Shown here: positions 40,825 through 51,649 of the stretch, one piece after another
How the letters are laid out: each line of letters starts with the position of its first letter
Numbering within the stretch: position 1 is the first letter of the stretch
NCBI RefSeq assembly: GCF_009914755.1
Contig: NC_060937.1
DNA from: the human T2T-CHM13v2.0 reference genome, Homo sapiens
Reading direction: 5' to 3' (one strand)
DNA length: 64,000 nucleotides
The notes under the pieces: generated by a model
Database searches by the model: none
What the model was told of the DNA's origin: nothing
What the model saw: the letters and a program-made list of their open reading frames with translations, nothing else
Position numbers and translations under genes: made by a program

Positions 40825-40982
40825 GCAAATTTAATTTCTCTGATTTTCTCTGAGGTTCTCAATCTGGAAAGCAGAAATAAGAGTAAAATCCTTACCTCGT
40901 TTATGGGTTTAAGGATAGACTGAAGTATTATCTAAAAAGTATTTAGTAAACTGGAAAAGATGCAAGATATTTATTATTATAG
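40825..40982 (+). mobile_element. MIR fragment
   Basis: ATTTAATTTCTCTG...TTCTCAATCTGGAAA...CTTACCTC...AAAGTATTTAGTAAACTG. Confidence 0.5.
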
Positions 40983-41084
40983 TTTTTACTTCTTGATGTT
41001 TTATTATTTTTTGACAACTTGGGTCTTTAAACTTGACCTTTGGTTTTAGAAGGACACTGAATCTATGTTTTCAAAACAGAATTA

Positions 41085-41303
41085 CCTTTCTGAGGTGCAA
41101 TCAGGCCCACAGATGTGTATTGTTTAGCTCACTCAGTGTTTAAAAAAAAAACCAGCTGTCAATGGTTAAAAACCAAGCAATTTCACATAAAAATTTGGGA
41201 TTCTGACTTAAGTTGAGAAACCAGAATACTTAACCTATGTATGCCCAGTGCAGCAATTAGTAACCTTTTCCAGATCCTACAGGAATGTGAATTTGTCACC
41301 CAT
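41085..41303. mobile_element. MER102-like hAT-Charlie
   Basis: GGCCCACAGATGTGTATTGTTTAGCTCAC...ATTTCACATAAAAAT...GAATTTGTCACCC. Confidence 0.6.
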
Positions 41304-41312
41304 ACTCTACAA

Positions 41313-41497
41313 CTGAAGTTCTCAATGTGTGGTCCAAGACCCACAGAGTTACCATTGCTGAAAACGTGTTGGAAATGGTAATTCTAGGGCCTCTGCCCAG
41401 GTGTACTGAATCAGAAGCTCTGGAGATCTGGCCTAGTACACTGTTTTGTCAGGCTTTCTCGGGGATTTGGATACCCACTGGAGCCTGAGAACCACTT
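41313..41497. mobile_element. MER5A (hAT-Charlie)
   Basis: GTTCTCAATGTGTGGTCC...TACTGAATCAGAAGCTCTGG...TGAGAACCACT. Confidence 0.8.
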
Positions 41498-42589
41498 CTC
41501 CACAACATTGCAGTCCAATGTTCCGTGACTTAAGTCTAGTGCTGGGCAAGTCAGTCTTGCTTCTGATTGCTCTAGGGGTCTTCCACTGATTGGGCAACAT
41601 TTTATTTCCTTGCCCCTCTCACCATTGCTGCGTTTTAAATGTTTTGCTCATTTTGGACTTGAGATGAATAAAAAAACAAAATCCTTGCGGTCCTTAGCAT
41701 TTTCAACCAACAGCAGCAATTTGTGAAGATAAGGCCTCTGACCCTAAGTTGATCAAATGATGTCTTGCCACTCTTTGAGGCCATCCTTACAACTGTCTGT
41801 TGAACACATTCTTTAAAAACAAAAACCTCACTTTCTCCTCTTTCAAAACTAAGCAGTTTTAAGCAGCTCTGAAAGGAATTTAAATCTGTGCTTTTATTTT
41901 GACATTTGTTCCAACATTGATTAGATAATTTCTGATCTGTTTATTGTTTTGTACTACAGTGTGAAATCTCTAGAGATTATACTCCATTGGTGTTCCCCCC
42001 TTGAGGGAAAATTCACAGTATAAGAACTAACTGTTATAATATAAAACCAATATTCTTGTGAGATTTGTAAATTAAATTTTCATTCCAACTTTTGTTTAAT
42101 ATATTCAGTGTCACCTTGTAAGGCAACTGAGATAATTTTGTGTACCCTATCAATTTGTTTCTTGTTTGACATCTGTGTTTGTTTATATAGCTTTCAGAAG
42201 TGGAGAATTCTGTTGCCAATTAATGTTGATGGTTTCGAGTTCGAGAGAAGAGAGTTTGCTTATAAATGAAAGTTTTTGTTTTTTAAGTTGTGTTTTATTG
42301 TAGCTGAGTGTTTTCCAAATAAATATTCACTGACTTTATTGAATACTTCAATTGGGTAATGGAATCACAGGCTTTCAGAGAAGTAGGGCTCAAATATAAT
42401 TTTTATTTATAAAAGATTCCTCTGCTATTGAACAATGGGACAACAGAAAATACATTAAAAGAATAATTTCAAGTAAAATATTGACCAAGTTTATGTTTTC
42501 TTGTGGAGGTGAAATCTTGGGCCAAGGTAACTTCTCAAACAACTGTAACATAGCCATTTGTAAGACATTGTTTATTAAAATAGGAGCTC

Positions 42590-42741
42590 CTGACTTCTGA
42601 TCTTGCAGGTTGGTTGGAGAATCACCTAGGGACCATGTTAAAAATATTACTTCAGTAACTTTGTGGTTGGCACTGAGAAGCTGTATTTCATGCTCCTTCC
42701 CAAGTGATTTTTAATATGTAGCTGGATTTGGGAATCATTAT
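42590..42741. mobile_element. MER5-family fragment
   Basis: AGAATCACCTAGGG...TGTTAAAAATA...CCCAAGTGATT...TTTGGGAATCA. Confidence 0.55.
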
Positions 42742-43244
42742 GCTAAATCACACATTGTCTCTTTTAAAAAGAGCCAAAAGAGAACATTTTTCAGCCCATA
42801 GGACCAGGAAATTTTATGCCTTTCCAAAGCATCTAGTACCTTTTGATCTTATAGGACAATTATAAATGTTATAATGAATTGTTTTTCTCTTTTAGATTTG
42901 ACTATAAGCTCAGAGGCAATTTTGACCCCCATTAGCTTTTGTGTAGGATTGGACTTTCTAGAATAAATTTTTATATCCTACTTTTTTTTACTCTGGCTTT
43001 ACTTTAGCATTATTTCCATATTTTTTCCATTCTGATGTCTCTGTTTTAATTTAGTTTTTATTTTATGGTATTTTAAATCATGTTTGAAGGCATAATAAGT
43101 TTTTTTTGGTATAAAGAATAGGTATAAGGAATAGTATAAATAAATATGATAGCTGTAGCAAAAAGACTGCCACACAGGTCATTAATGGGGCTATTTTATG
43201 GAGTGTTACTTAGTAATCCTGAACTAACTGCTGTTGAACTTAGC

Positions 43245-43513
43245 ACTGTTTTCCATATGCAATGATTCTGTGACAGCTAAGTTAAAAAAGAGAACCGTGG
43301 TCATAGAGTATATGGGATTATATGTTCTATATTCCTTTTTATGCACTTTACGATGCACATAACAGTGTAAAGACTCTGAAAAGACCTGCAATAAAGACAT
43401 TTTAAAAATCTTTAATCCAACATTTCCCAAGCTTTTCAAAAACCAATGACTATCTCCCTCCCCCCAGAACACATGTTAACATTTCCAGAACAATATTTTA
43501 TTTGGGGAATGCC
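43245..43513. mobile_element. MER103C-like hAT-Charlie
   Basis: CCGTGGTCA...GATGCACAT...AAAGACTCTGAAAAGACCTGCAATAAAG...TTTAATCCAACATTTCCCAA. Confidence 0.55.
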
Positions 43514-44789
43514 ATATTATTGCTATGCTTGAAAGTGTTGAATGGCAATATGGATAAAATGAGGAAAGCTATTGTGTGGGACAAACAGAAATTATCAATC
43601 ATAGTGGAGGGAATTAAACTGAGTTAAGTGAGTAAACTTTAGAGAAATTGTGCTAAATTGGCACTTGTGAAGAAGCATATATAATAAGGAGAAGAAACAG
43701 ACAATACCATATTTGTATTCTTGCAGTTGCAGAAGGAACAGTACTTATAGCACACATTTCAAGTACAATGAAGTAAATCTAAGGTCTTAGCTGATCTCTA
43801 CCATGGATCCACCTTCTGGGTGGTATCATGTTAGGATGTTATGTAAACGAAGTAAATAGTTGTCTCCCGTTATCCCCACTGGTAGAGAGAATAGTGGGAG
43901 GTCTAGGGAGAAATCTGGGTGGGTTTATGTGACAGAGGTTAAGTCATGGGGGAAGAATTTGTGCATGTATCAGTTAAACGCTCCCTGAGGACATGTGATC
44001 TCCCTAAGTGTTGCAGATATGTTGTACCTCCTGACAGCCTTGGTCAGAATGTGAATTAAAAAAATGTTTCATGAATCCATACTTACTCACTTTTCCTCTC
44101 TGTATCCCCAAAAGGCATGGGGAGAAATGGTTTTATTTTAGGGAAATTCTGCTCTGTTGAAGGAAATGTTTCACGTGACATCCTATTAATTGGTCACTTA
44201 GTTGCCTAGTCTTTACAACTCACAGTTCATTTTAAATAATATTAAACATTACTCTTGCTTTTGAATGAACAGAAATTTAATAGAGGTGGGGAGAAAGCAA
44301 TCTAATACAATTCAGTTAGAAATACCTAACGTGAAGATATAACCTAAATTATCCATGAAAGTAAACTTGGAGTCCAGTGGCTAAATTGTTAAGAGTGGGC
44401 TTAACAAGAGACAGGCATGAAATGAGAACACCTAACACAGTGTGTACACAGGAGACTTTTCATCAAAGGAACTCAATACTTATTGTAAGAAGGTGCTCTA
44501 TTCCTATTCTGTGAAGGTGCCATACGTCATATTGATATGACAGTGTCCTATCAGTAACAGCAAAATCGGTCAGTGAAAATTCTGTGGCCCAAAGAAGTGA
44601 GTGGGCTGAAACAGTGTTGGTCATCACTTTCAAGGCAATTTAAACCTTTAATATCTCAAGAGGTCAAATCCATGATTTTTGTTTCATCATTAAGTGGATC
44701 ACTTGAATCCATTCCCCTTTTCTGGGTGTCAACACTTATTAACTGGACATCTTCTCTGTCTTTTTTAGCCAAGAAAATATACCTCATTT

Positions 44790-45649
44790 TGATAGTGACA
44801 GAAGGCAGACAAATGCCTAAGCAGATGGGGGGAGTTCCTGGTGAAACCCCACCTTCAAGCCAAAACACAGCCTGAAGGCTGAAAGACCAGACTGCTGGTC
44901 CCTAATGAAACTTGTGACCCAGAGTGAGAAATTCTGCTCCTGTTTGCCTGCCCTTTCCCCATTGATTCTTTCTGAGTAATGCCTTTTAACCCATCAAATG
45001 TTGCCTTTTCCAATACTACCAATGGCCTGCCCCTCCCCTATTCTGAGCCCATAAAAGCCCTGGACTCAGTCACACGGGGGGACTTTGCTGCCTTCAGGTA
45101 GGGGGACCACCCCCGTGTCCCCTCTTCATGAAAGCTGTTTCATCACTCAATAAAACTCCCTGCATTGCTCATTCTTTAATTGTCAGCATATCCTCATTCT
45201 TCTTGGATGCTGGACAAGAGCTTGGGACCCACAGAGTGTGGGTACCCAGAAATGCTGTGACAGTGTCCTTTTGTTCTTGTCAGTAGAGGGCAGCTGCCTC
45301 ATACAACGGGGCCAGGGGCTGACTGAGCAGCTAACATGCTGCTGTCCATCGGACTGTGGACAGTGGAACTAAAAAAGCTAATTAGCTCACTAACGCCACC
45401 TCTAGGGCTTCAGGGTCACAGGAACTCTTGCCTGGGTGCTTCTGTGTTCCCCTCGAGGCAACATGCCTGCTCTGGCCACAGGCCTTGCACAGTGCTTGCT
45501 TCTGTGTCAGTGCTTGGAGTGGCTGGCCAGATCCCACACTCATTTGCTCACATGCTCCCTCCCGTAAGGGGCTGAGCACAGTGGGCCGAGTAGACGGGGC
45601 ACCCCTGCCGGGAGTCTGGCAAAGGGGCCAAGAGGAAAATCCTGCTTCA
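44790..45649 (+). mobile_element. ERV1 solo LTR of the LTR1 family (LTR1C/D-like), full length
   Basis: TG...CA termini (TGATAGTGACAG / AAATCCTGCTTCA). GGTGAAACCCCACCTTCAAGCC. CCAAT at ~45010 and ~45019, ATAAAA at 45051, AATAAA at 45149. Flanks ATTT/CTTT. Confidence 0.85.
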
Positions 45650-46129
45650 CTTTCATATCTCTTTATGAGCTTATCTCTGTTTAAATTAAATTAAATTTCT
45701 GGTAAAAATCCTGTCCAAATTGTATTTTTCTATATAAAAGAAAATTTGCTCATTGAAGAAAGGTTTCCAAAGGAAATCTTGGTTACCCTACTAGCCTACC
45801 TCAAGCCATTAATAATAGCATTTAATCCTTGCTGACATAAAGAATTTTTATATGCAACTGGAATTACATATAGTTCTAGCTCTGAAATTTGAGTATCTAA
45901 GAAAAGAGGAAAATTCAAAAATTGAGTTTACTAATTGAAGAATGATTTGAGCAGGGCAGGAGTGGTGGTGTGGTGGTGTCAGGTTAACAGTCTTAGCAAT
46001 ATGATGCCATTTCTTTCTTGTCTGTTACAATTCAGAACAGAAGCAGGAGTTGTAACATAGGGAATGTGAGATAAGATGGTGTCATGCAGAGAGCAGTGGC
46101 TTGGGAACCTTAAGTACTGGTTTCTAATG

Positions 46130-46355
46130 GCAATAGTAAGAAACAGCAGTTAATTGAGTGACTGAAAAGCTTCAGGATAGTATGGTATGCTTGCTATATC
46201 TTCATAAAGACCCTTTCAAATGTTATTATTATCACCAATTTCTGGGAAACCAAGGCCCAGAGAGGTTAAGTAACTTTCTTAAGGCCACACAGTAAGTGAT
46301 AGAACTGTAGTTTAGATCCAAAAGGCAGCATTGACTCAAACTCTCTACTCTTATT
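46130..46355 (-). mobile_element. MIR
   Basis: GGAAACCAAGGCCCAGAGAGGTTAAGTAACTTTCTTAAGGCCACACAG. Confidence 0.75.
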
Positions 46356-46410
46356 GGTCCTACTTCCTTTCTTTGCAAATGCCAGATAAGAAATAGAGTC
46401 AGAAACTATG

Positions 46411-46710
46411 GGTTGGGTGTGGTGGCTCATGCCTGTAATCCCAGCACTTTGGGAGGCTGAGGTAGGTGGATCACTTGAGGTCAGGAGTTCGAGACCAGCC
46501 TGGCTAACTTGGCGAAACCCCATCTCTACTAAAAATACAAAAATTATCTGGGTGTGGTGGTGTGTGCCTTTAGTCTCAGCTACTCGGGAGGCTGAGGCAG
46601 GAGAACCACTTGAACTTGGGAGGCAGAGGTTGCAGTGAGCCAAGGTTGCATCACTGCACTCCAGCCTGGGTGACAAAATGAGACTCTGTCAAAACAAAAC
46701 AAAACAAAAC
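46411..46710 (+). mobile_element. AluS (Sz/Sx-like) with (AAAAC)n tail
   Basis: GTGGCTCATGCCTGTAATCCCAGCACTTTGGGAGG...GATCACTTGAGGTCAGGAGTTCGAG...; full dimer. Confidence 0.95.
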
Positions 46711-46735
46711 ATTGTGTAGCGGCATGATAATTGTG

Positions 46736-47900
46736 TGGTCATGCACCTCTTAAGGACAAGGATATGTCCTGAAAAATGCATCATTAGGTGATTTCATCAT
46801 GGTTTGAACATTTAATTTTAAGAGTGTGTTTACACAAACCTAGATGCTATAGCCTACCATACACCTAGGCCGTATGGCATAGCCTATGGCTTCTAGGCTA
46901 GAAACCTGTGCAGCATGTTACTGTACTGAATACTGTGGCCAATTGTAACATAACGGTAATTATTTGGGTCTCTAAAGATACCTAAACATAGAAAAGTTGC
47001 AGTAAAAATATGGCATAAAAGATAAAAGATGGTACATCTGCATAGGGTACCTACCATGAATTGCACTTGCAGGACTGGAAGTTGCTCTGGGTGAGTCAGT
47101 GAGTGAATAGTGAGTGAACCTGAAGGCCTAGGACATTACTGTACACTACTGTAGACTTTATAAACACTGTACATAGGCTACACTAAACTTATACAAATAT
47201 TTTTCATTCTTTAATAAGTTAGCCTTAACTTACTGTAAATTTTTTTAAAAAGTTTTGACTCTTGTAATAACACTTAGCTTAAAACACGAACACATTGTAC
47301 AGCTGTAAAAATTTTTCTTTATATCTTTATTCCATAAACTTTTTTTCTATTTTTAAAATTATTTATTTTCTACTTTCAAAACTTTTTGTTAAAAACAAAG
47401 ACACAGACACACACATTAGCCTAGGCCTACTTAGGGTCAGAATCATCAACAGCGCTGTCTTCCACCTCCACATCTTGTCCCATTGAAAGGTCTTCAGGGG
47501 GCACTAACACGCATGGAGCTGTCATCTTCTGTGATAACAAGGCCTTCTTCTGGATACCTCCTGCAAGACCTGCCTGAGGCTGTTTTGTAGTGAACTTTGT
47601 AATAATTAGAATTATTATAAAAATTATTCATTCTAAAATAATGATAAAATTATAGTATAGTAAATATATAAACCATTAGCGTAGCTATTTATTGTCATTA
47701 TCAAGTGTACAATTGTATTGTACACAATAGTATGTGCTAGACTTTTATATGACTGGCAGTACAGTAGGTTTGTTTACACCAGCATCACCACAAATGCATG
47801 AGTAATGTATTGCGCTAAAATGTTAATGAGGGCTAAAATGACACTAGATAATAAGAATTTTGAGGTCCATTATATTCTTATGGGACTACCTTGAGATATA
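46736..47900. mobile_element. Tigger3b (TcMar-Tigger/Golem derivative), main body
   Basis: AAATGCATCATTAGGTGATTTCATC...ACACAAACCTAGATG...GGACTGGAAGTTGCTCTGGGTGAGTCAGTGAGTGA...GGTTTGTTTACACCAGCATCACCACAAA...CTTATGGGACTACC. Confidence 0.92.
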
Positions 47901-47906
47901 TATATA

Positions 47907-49473
47907 TTTGTTGTTGTTTTGTTTTGAAAATTTCTTTTTTGGGAGGGCAGCAATTTTTGTTTTTTTTTCAAACTTAAATAAATTGTTACAAAATAGACTT
48001 TAGAAAAATAAGTTACAAATTGTAGCAAAAGGCTTCCTTCCACAGGCAACTTTCCCACCCATAGCACTCTGCATCCCGGCTCCCTCGTGTTGCAATCTGG
48101 CTGGTGAGGGTGGCCTGGCATCTCGGCAGAGGCGGGCGCTGGGAAGAGTACGGTGACAAAGGCTGGGGGAAGGAGGTCCTTCAAGGACAGGGACGCGAAG
48201 AGCACACCACCCTCTTCTTGGGAAAGAAGCCAGATCTGGGTCCTCTTCACAAGGGGAGGGGAGAAGAGATGGGGAGCCCAAACTGCTCCTGAGAAAACGT
48301 GGAGATCAAGCCCCTCCCTGCACGCGCCCCCTCCCCCAGATTCTGATCTTTGGAAACTTGAAGTTCTGAGGGAGAAGCTGAGGTCTGCAGGCCACTGGGG
48401 TTAAGGGCCCAGAAGTGGGGTCGTGGGAGTGGGTGGAGGGGGCAATGACAAGTCCCCTCTGCCTGCCGCTGGTGCCACTGGGGCTCCAGAGCCTGCCACT
48501 GTCCTCTCCTCCTGGAGCTGCTGCTGGTGCTGCACGAAGCCGATTCTGTGGCAGAAGTGGCAGGGACCATGGGGGCAGGTGAAAGGCCCCTCCCGGGGTG
48601 GGGTGCGTGGACCCGCCCGTGGCCCTCCAGCCGGGCAGCTGACCGGAAGGCCTTGCCACAGATGCTGCAGTGGTGGTGCTTGCGGTTCGCGTGGATCCTG
48701 CTGTGGTTCTTAAAAGACAGCAGGTTGGGGGCAGCGGGAGCAGGGGTACAGCCCTGTGGTGTGGGTCTTCTGGTGTGTCAGCAGGCTGCCGGCTTGGCAG
48801 TAGAAGGGCCTGCACTGGGCGCAGCGGAAGGGCTGCTCCTTGTCCTCAGCTACTGTGGACGTCACCCCTTATCCTCTTCTAGCTCTCTCCGCACTCTCTC
48901 CTGGGCCTCCTGCTGTTTCTAATGGAGCCTCCCAGGGTTTCCCTTGACCACGGAGGCCCACCTCGTCCTCCCCAGTCCCGGGCTTGGGACATCTGGCCTC
49001 CTCGATCTGGGCCGGCACCTGGCTGTGGCCCCTGGCATGAGCCTGCAGAGGTGGCTGGCCAGTTTGTAGTGGGACTCAAAGGCCTTGCCACAGTCAGGGC
49101 AGGCAAAGGTCTGGGCATCTGTGTGGTTGTGGTTGTGGCTCTTCGTGGCCACAGGATTCAAGAACTCCTTGGATCAGAGCAGGCAATAGTGTTGGTCTGT
49201 CTTGTGAGTGTTGTGGTTCAAGAGGTCACCTGGCTGGCAGTAAGTCTCGCCACATTGGCTGCAGGAGGAGTGGCTCCCTGGCTGCAGCTGAGAGCTATTG
49301 TCTCCATTGATCCAGCTATCCATGTGACTCAGACTAGGTCCATTGAGCTGGCTGTCACTGGCATGCCAAGGACTCCTGGGGACACTGTCATCTGGCTCCT
49401 CTGGCCTGGTCAGGAACTGAGGAACCCAGCCTACATTGTGATTCCCCAGTCCCCCACCTCCTGGCCACCCACC
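47907..49473 (-). pseudogene. ZNF646P1: Processed, 5'-truncated pseudogene of zinc finger protein 646 (C-terminal C2H2 clusters plus 3'UTR)
   Basis: Minus-strand translation across frames gives GWVPQFLTRPEEP...SQLQPGSHSSCSQCGETYC...HYCLL*SKEFLNPVATKSH...DAQTFACPDCGKAFESH...[13 protein letters not shown]...HTTGLYPC...[21 protein letters not shown]...FVQHQQQ...[10 protein letters not shown]...[10 protein letters not shown], which I recognise as the ZNF646 C-terminus. In-frame stops at 49174-49176, 48869-48871 and 48401-48403. Frameshifts near 49045, 48728 and 48600. Degenerate A-tail at 47907-47925. Confidence 0.93.
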
Positions 49474-49511
49474 TGTCCTTGGCCAAAATGTTGTTATGTG
49501 GCACATGCCTA
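49474..49511. mobile_element. Tigger3b right terminal inverted repeat, displaced by the retrocopy
   Basis: TGTCCTTGGCCAAAATGTTGTTATGTGGCACATGCCTA-TA matches the CpG-decayed Tigger3 end (…GTCGTTGACCGAAACGTCGTTATGCGGCGCATGACTG-TA). Confidence 0.85.
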
Positions 49512-49524
49512 TACTGGACAGAGT

Positions 49525-50180
49525 TAAATTGTAATGCAATTAACAAACATTCCCCAAATATCAATATTTAAAATAACAAAGGCATTTCTTTTTACCCTAC
49601 AGATCCAACATGAGTCAGCTGAGGACCTTCACTCCATAGCCTCATCATCCTTCTTGGGGACTCAGGTTTAGGGGTTGCATGTCACTTGCAACTCAATGGG
49701 AAGTCAATAGGAAGAACAAGTATTATGGTCTATCACATTCAATCATTGGCCCAGGCGATGGGCTAAGTATCACTTCCACTCCCAGCTCAATGCAGAGAAA
49801 CAGTCACGTGGCCTCACCCAGCCACTGGGAAAGCAAGAAGCACGATCCTTACAAGAGCATAGAACAGCGGTCCCCAACCTTTTTGGCATAGAAACTGTTC
49901 ACCTCAGATCATCAGGCATTGGTTATATTCTCATAAGGAGCACATAACCTAGACCCCTCTTAAGAGCAGTTCATGGTAGGGTTCACACTCCCATGAAAAT
50001 CTAATGCTGCCACTGACCTGACAGGAGGCGGAGCTCAGGCAGTAATGCTCACCTCCTACTGTGCAGCCCGGTTCCTAACAGGCCACAAACCAGTACAGGT
50101 GTGTGGCGCAGGCATTGGGAACCCTTGGCCTAGAAGGAGAAGAGAGACTGATAAGGTGGAACAGGTGAATGACAACCACA
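49525..50180 (-). mobile_element. MaLR solo LTR (MLT1I/J-like) split by MER1B
   Basis: TAACAAACA...CCCAAATATCA...AACAAAGGCATTTCTT...ATCACTTCCACTC...AGTCACGTGGCCTCACC...GAATGACAACCACA (minus-strand start TGTGG). Confidence 0.75.
49865..50127. mobile_element. MER1B (hAT-Charlie), internally shortened
   Basis: CAGCGGTCCCCAACCTTTTTGGCA...CCTCAGATCATCAGGCATT...GGAGGCGGAGCTCAGGCAGTAATGC...TTGGGAACCCTTG. TSD GCATAGAA/GCCTAGAA. Confidence 0.9.
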
Positions 50181-50735
50181 ATGGTGCTGGGGTTAATTTC
50201 CTTTAACCAGTAGGATGTCACTTTCCTTTTTACTGTTTTCATTTCCTCCTCCCATCAGCTATTTAGCACTTTCAGCTTGAGCTATGTGTAACTTTGTTTC
50301 CTAAAATTGTTGGTCCTAGTTCCTGCCTGGCCTCTAGCTAGGTAAATGCTGATAGAAGAATTCCCTGACCTCTCCAGGCCTAATTTTATCAACGGTAAAT
50401 AGATGGATTAGGATAACTTTAAGAGACCTCCAAATGAAAATTTTATGACTTCATGAAAAGGCAAAAATAAATCCTTCTCTTTTGATTATCTTGCACTGAC
50501 CAAGTAGGCAACACAGGCCATGTATGCCCAGGGAAACATAATCCAGCAGTGGAGAGATAAGCAACAGAGGGGCACTGGTGCTGAGCCAGGAGAGATAGCA
50601 AGGATAAACTACTGAGGTGGACCTTGGGCTCCAATACGAGTTCAAAGGCAGGTAAGAAATAGTGAGGAAATTATCAAATCTAGACTCTTCTACCTTTAAT
50701 TTTTTTAGTGGTGATTTAGTGATTACTTAAAGTAA

Positions 50736-50736
50736 G

Positions 50737-50796
<60 letters not shown>
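50736..50796. repeat. Compound (GC)5-(CA)22-(TA)4 microsatellite
   Basis: Counted directly. Confidence 0.97.
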
Positions 50797-51399
50797 AACT
50801 CCCCCCAACAAGAGAAGACACTGAATGGCTCACTTCAAAGTTCAGGCAGTGAGTCTCTTTTTAAGTTGTCAGTGAAATACACCTAGGGCTTATGTTTTAT
50901 GGTTTGCACAGTATGGTCATAATCCTTATAAATGTCTTTCACCTAGTGGCAAGGTAACCAAATGACAGCATGAAATTTTTGAAAGCTGAATGATTTTTCA
51001 TCAGTTGAGTTAGAAAAACTACAGAAATAAGTGACAGCAATTGTCTTGGTAAGGCTTGTTTTAAATAATTCAGACGATTTGCTTTGTTCTAACTTGCATT
51101 TTAAACTATGTATAACCTTCTCAAATCATTACTTTCTAAAGTAAACATATTGGTTCATACACTAGGGTATGTGGATTTAACACAGCAAGGAAAGGCCAGA
51201 GCAAATGCCTAGGCCTGCTGTGCCACAGTCAGGGCAGAGCTCTTTACACAAAGGCTGATAATTGGTAATAGAAGCTGAGTGGAAAACAGCCTCTAGGCTC
51301 TGCAAAGTGGCTACAGACACAAGCAAAGGAAAGGCTCCACTTACCCACATTCATCTGCTTAGATGTCTACTCTGATCTCCCTCCTCTGTCTTCTTACAT

Positions 51400-51628
51400 A
51401 ATAATTTTACTAATCAGTCACCACATTCAGGGAAACTGCCTGAAAGTAAAGCTCATATAAAGAAATGAGATAGATTGGGAACCTAAATCCAGATCTCTGC
51501 TTAGGCCTGAAGCTGTTTTGTACTTCTGGAGTTTTCTAGCACATAAGCCAACAATTTTGCTTTTATGTTTAGGATAGTTTTGGCTCAATTTCTTCCACTT
51601 GATTTGAAAAAAATGACTGAGTTATATA
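51400..51628 (+). mobile_element. Old MaLR (MLT1K/L-like) 3' fragment
   Basis: GCCTGAAGCTG...CTGGAGTTTTC...ACATAAGCCAACAA...TTTCTTCCACTTG. Confidence 0.5.
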
Positions 51629-51649
51629 CAGAATACGGATTACTGGGCT

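Noticed and set aside
47907-49473. Functional zinc-finger gene
   Set aside because: 5'-truncated, with at least three in-frame stops, three frameshifts and lost zinc ligands; this is a pseudogene.
48922-49527. 201-aa plus-strand ORF and other overlapping ORFs at 47870-49527
   Set aside because: Antisense or alternative-frame shadows of the GC-rich ZNF646 retrocopy, where stops are rare; no recognisable protein.
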